From Actinomycetota bacterium (GTDB lineage Bacteria > Actinomycetota > AC-67): a stretch of 32,378 nt of DNA. Each line of letters begins with the position of its first letter. Position 1 is the stretch's first letter. The stretch is from NCBI GenBank assembly GCA_046263075.1, contig JBHELL010000091.1:1-32378 (forward strand), given 5' to 3'. The notes beneath the pieces were generated by a model. It did no database searches. It worked only from the letters and a program-made list of their open reading frames with translations, and was not told the DNA's origin. Both the position numbers and the translations under genes were made by a program. This document shows positions 30,642 to 32,378 of this stretch, in pieces.

Positions 30642-32087
30642 CTACCCGGTGAAGATCGCGGCGTGACGCGCGAGATCCATCATCGCTTGCGGCCACACGC
30701 CGAACGCGATCGTTACCAGCGCGACGAGCGTCAGCGCGAGCCCGGCAGCGGGCGTCACTCCGATCGCCATCGTCTCTTCCTCCGGATCCTGCAGCCACAT
30801 GAGCACGATCACGCGCAGGTAGAAGAAGGCAGCGAGCGCGCTCGTGAGCACACCGGCGACGACGAGCCCGGTCTCGCGCGCATTCGCAGCGGATTGGAAC
30901 ACGAAGAACTTGGCCATGAATCCGGCCGTCGGCGGGATCCCCGCGAGCGACAGCATGAAGAGCGTCATCGCTCCTGCGAACACAGGGTGCCGGTGGCCCA
31001 TCCCCTGCCATGACCCGACGTCGAGCCGCTCGCGCGTACCCGACGCAGCGATCATCGCGAATGCGCCGAGCGTCATCGCCGCATAGGTCAGCAGGTAGAA
31101 CAACGCAGGCGCGACTCCCCCTTGGCCGGCCACGACGGCTGCGAGGATGAACCCCGCATGCGCGATCGACGAGTACGCGAGCATACGTTTCAGATCGGTT
31201 TGCACCAGCGCGATCAGCGACCCGAGCACCATCGTCGCGATCGCGATGACCCGGAGCGCAGGCGCCCAGTCGTATTGCAGTCGCCCGAACGCCACAAGCG
31301 CAACGCGAAGCAGTCCCGCGAATGCGGCGGCCTTCGTGGCGGCCGCCATGAAGCCCGTGACCGGGGTCGGCGCAACTTGATACGCGTCGGGGGTCCACAT
31401 ATGAAACGGTACGGCGGAAATCTTGAAAGCGAACCCGACGAAGATGAGCCCCACGCCGGCGAAAACGAGGCGCGCATCTACCCCTTGCGCGACGACCCGA
31501 TCGGTCAGTGCGGAGATGTTGGTCTGGCCGGTCGCGCCGTAGAGCAGCGCGATGCCGTACACGAGGATCGCGCTCGAGAACGCGCCGAGGAGGAAGTACT
31601 TGAGGGACGCCTCTTGCGCGCGCGCGTCGCGACGCGCGATCCCGATCATGATGTAGAGCGCGAGGGAGAGCACCTCGATCGAGATGAACACGAGGATCAG
31701 ATCGTTGGCACCGGCGAGTAAGACCATCCCCGCCGTTGCAAGCAGCATCAACGAGTAGTACTCGAACCGGTGAAGCTTGCGCGCGCTCATGTAGTGGTAG
31801 GAGACGAGGAGCGCGATGGTGAGGCTGAACAGCAGGATCAGGTTCGTGAACAGCGCGACGCCGTCCGATGCCACCGTGCCTTGCATCCCGACGATCCGCT
31901 CGTGCGCCAAGCTGAACGTGAAGTAGGACGCGACGCCGATCGTCGCGAGCGACAAGCCGAGGAACACCGCACGCTTCGTCCTGGGGTTGATGGCGCCGAG
32001 CATCAGCGTGACGACCGATCCGATCGCGAGCGACAACGCCGGCGCGATCGCGCGCCACGCGATCAAGGGGGCCTGATCGACCGGCAT
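30642..32087 (-). CDS. nuoN: NADH-quinone oxidoreductase subunit N
   Basis: 3' part of ORF 30642..32375. ATG 32087 (MPVDQAPLIAW...) overlaps the nuoM stop (TGATG). FKISAVPFHMWTPDAYQVAPTPVTGFM and MLAYSSIAHAGFIL. 481 aa. Confidence 0.9.
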   Translation of the reverse strand: MPVDQAPLIAWRAIAPALSLAIGSVVTLMLGAINPRTKRAVFLGLSLATIGVASYFTFSLAHERIVGMQGTVASDGVALFTNLILLFSLTIALLVSYHYMSARKLHRFEYYSLMLLATAGMVLLAGANDLILVFISIEVLSLALYIMIGIARRDARAQEASLKYFLLGAFSSAILVYGIALLYGATGQTNISALTDRVVAQGVDARLVFAGVGLIFVGFAFKISAVPFHMWTPDAYQVAPTPVTGFMAAATKAAAFAGLLRVALVAFGRLQYDWAPALRVIAIATMVLGSLIALVQTDLKRMLAYSSIAHAGFILAAVVAGQGGVAPALFYLLTYAAMTLGAFAMIAASGTRERLDVGSWQGMGHRHPVFAGAMTLFMLSLAGIPPTAGFMAKFFVFQSAANARETGLVVAGVLTSALAAFFYLRVIVLMWLQDPEEETMAIGVTPAAGLALTLVALVTIAFGVWPQAMMDLARHAAIFTG

Positions 32088-32378
32088 CAGCGACCGCCTT
32101 TTTGCGCCAGCGGCCCGGGCGCCGCGTTCGCCTGCTGAACGCGCGCGACTACCTGCTTCAACGACGGCTCCATCTTGTCGAGGAACGGCTTCGGGTAGAC
32201 GCCGAGCACGACGATCATCGCGACCATCGGCGCGAGCAGCGCGATCTCGCGAGGCCGAAGATCGTCGAGCGTGCGGTTCTCTTCCCGATCGAGCGGCCCG
32301 TGCATGACGCGCTGATACGCCCACAACAGATACAGCGCGGCGAGGACGATCCCGAGCGACCCGAGCACCGCCCACAGC
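32087..32378 (-). CDS. nuoM: NADH-quinone oxidoreductase subunit M (C-terminal end; gene starts beyond the right edge)
   Basis: ORF 32087..32368 extends to the window edge. ...LAALYLLWAYQRVMHGPLDREENRTLDDLRPREIALLAPMVAMIVVLGVYPKPFL is a typical NuoM C-terminus. Confidence 0.85.
   Translation of the reverse strand, partial: LWAVLGSLGIVLAALYLLWAYQRVMHGPLDREENRTLDDLRPREIALLAPMVAMIVVLGVYPKPFLDKMEPSLKQVVARVQQANAAPGPLAQKGGR

Noticed and set aside
28448-32058. ORFs 28448..29806 (+), 28476..29579 (-), 29665..30105 (-) and 30550..32058 (-)
   Set aside because: They are off-frame or antisense to the GT4, polyprenyl synthase and nuoN genes, with the same compositional signature.
1702-32375. Using the full upstream extent of ORFs 1702..3273, 3698..5038, 6389..7765, 10340..11167, 11116..12183, 18727..19575, 21790..23181, 26771..28339, 27544..28716, 28523..29944 and 30642..32375 as gene starts
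   Set aside because: In each case the N-terminal extension overlaps the preceding gene and is Arg-rich. An internal ATG/GTG sits exactly at a 1-8 nt coupled junction with the upstream stop, immediately before the conserved N-terminal motif of the family.
1-32378. CRISPR arrays, rRNA/tRNA genes, insertion sequences, toxin-antitoxin or defence-system genes
   Set aside because: None seen. Non-coding DNA totals only a few hundred bp in seven short spacers, none with repeat-spacer structure or tRNA-like folds.

Overview
High-GC (roughly two-thirds G+C by eye), almost entirely coding stretch of bacterial chromosome. ATGA/GTGA-coupled gene junctions, TANNNT boxes placed for leaderless starts, and the protein families suggest an Actinomycetota-like organism, but the taxon cannot be fixed from sequence alone. 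I call 29 protein-coding genes (one interrupted by an in-frame stop). I saw no rRNA, tRNA, CRISPR, transposase or integrase. Layout: (i) 1-6304, minus strand: the first nine genes of a complex I operon, nuoA-B-C-D-H-I-J-K-L(partial). nuoD runs directly into nuoH, so there is no nuoE/F/G. (ii) 6389-29689: a ~23 kb cell-envelope glycopolymer locus. It holds rmlA/rmlB/rmlC, wecB plus two nucleotide-sugar dehydrogenases, an interrupted SDR epimerase/reductase, five glycosyltransferases (a 1034-aa GT2+2xCgeB-like enzyme, a Ppm1/DPM1-like GT2, a YfhO-type GT-C, a GT28/MurG-like and a GT4), the Wzm/Wzt ABC exporter, a Zn-ribbon SAM methyltransferase, and two large secreted proteins (SpoIID/LytB with three CBM-like modules; right-handed beta-helix with FG-GAP-like repeats). 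(iii) 29682-32378, minus strand: the tail of a different nuo locus (nuoM partial, nuoN), then a trans-polyprenyl diphosphate synthase 9 nt downstream whose stop overlaps the first glycosyltransferase gene. Points worth a second look: a ~108-152 aa Pro/Ala-rich, basic-ended C-terminal extension on NuoI in an operon lacking the NADH-input module; a nuoI/nuoJ junction that looks like a TGA->TGG stop loss giving a 136-nt overlap; an in-frame TAG at codon 36 of an otherwise intact SDR gene; all three convergent gene pairs overlapping at their 3' ends (one in a perfect 10-bp palindrome); two back-to-back putative leaderless promoters in a 55-bp divergent spacer; and both nuo loci joined head-to-tail to glycan genes. 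All functional calls rest on motif recognition by eye; no database search was run.
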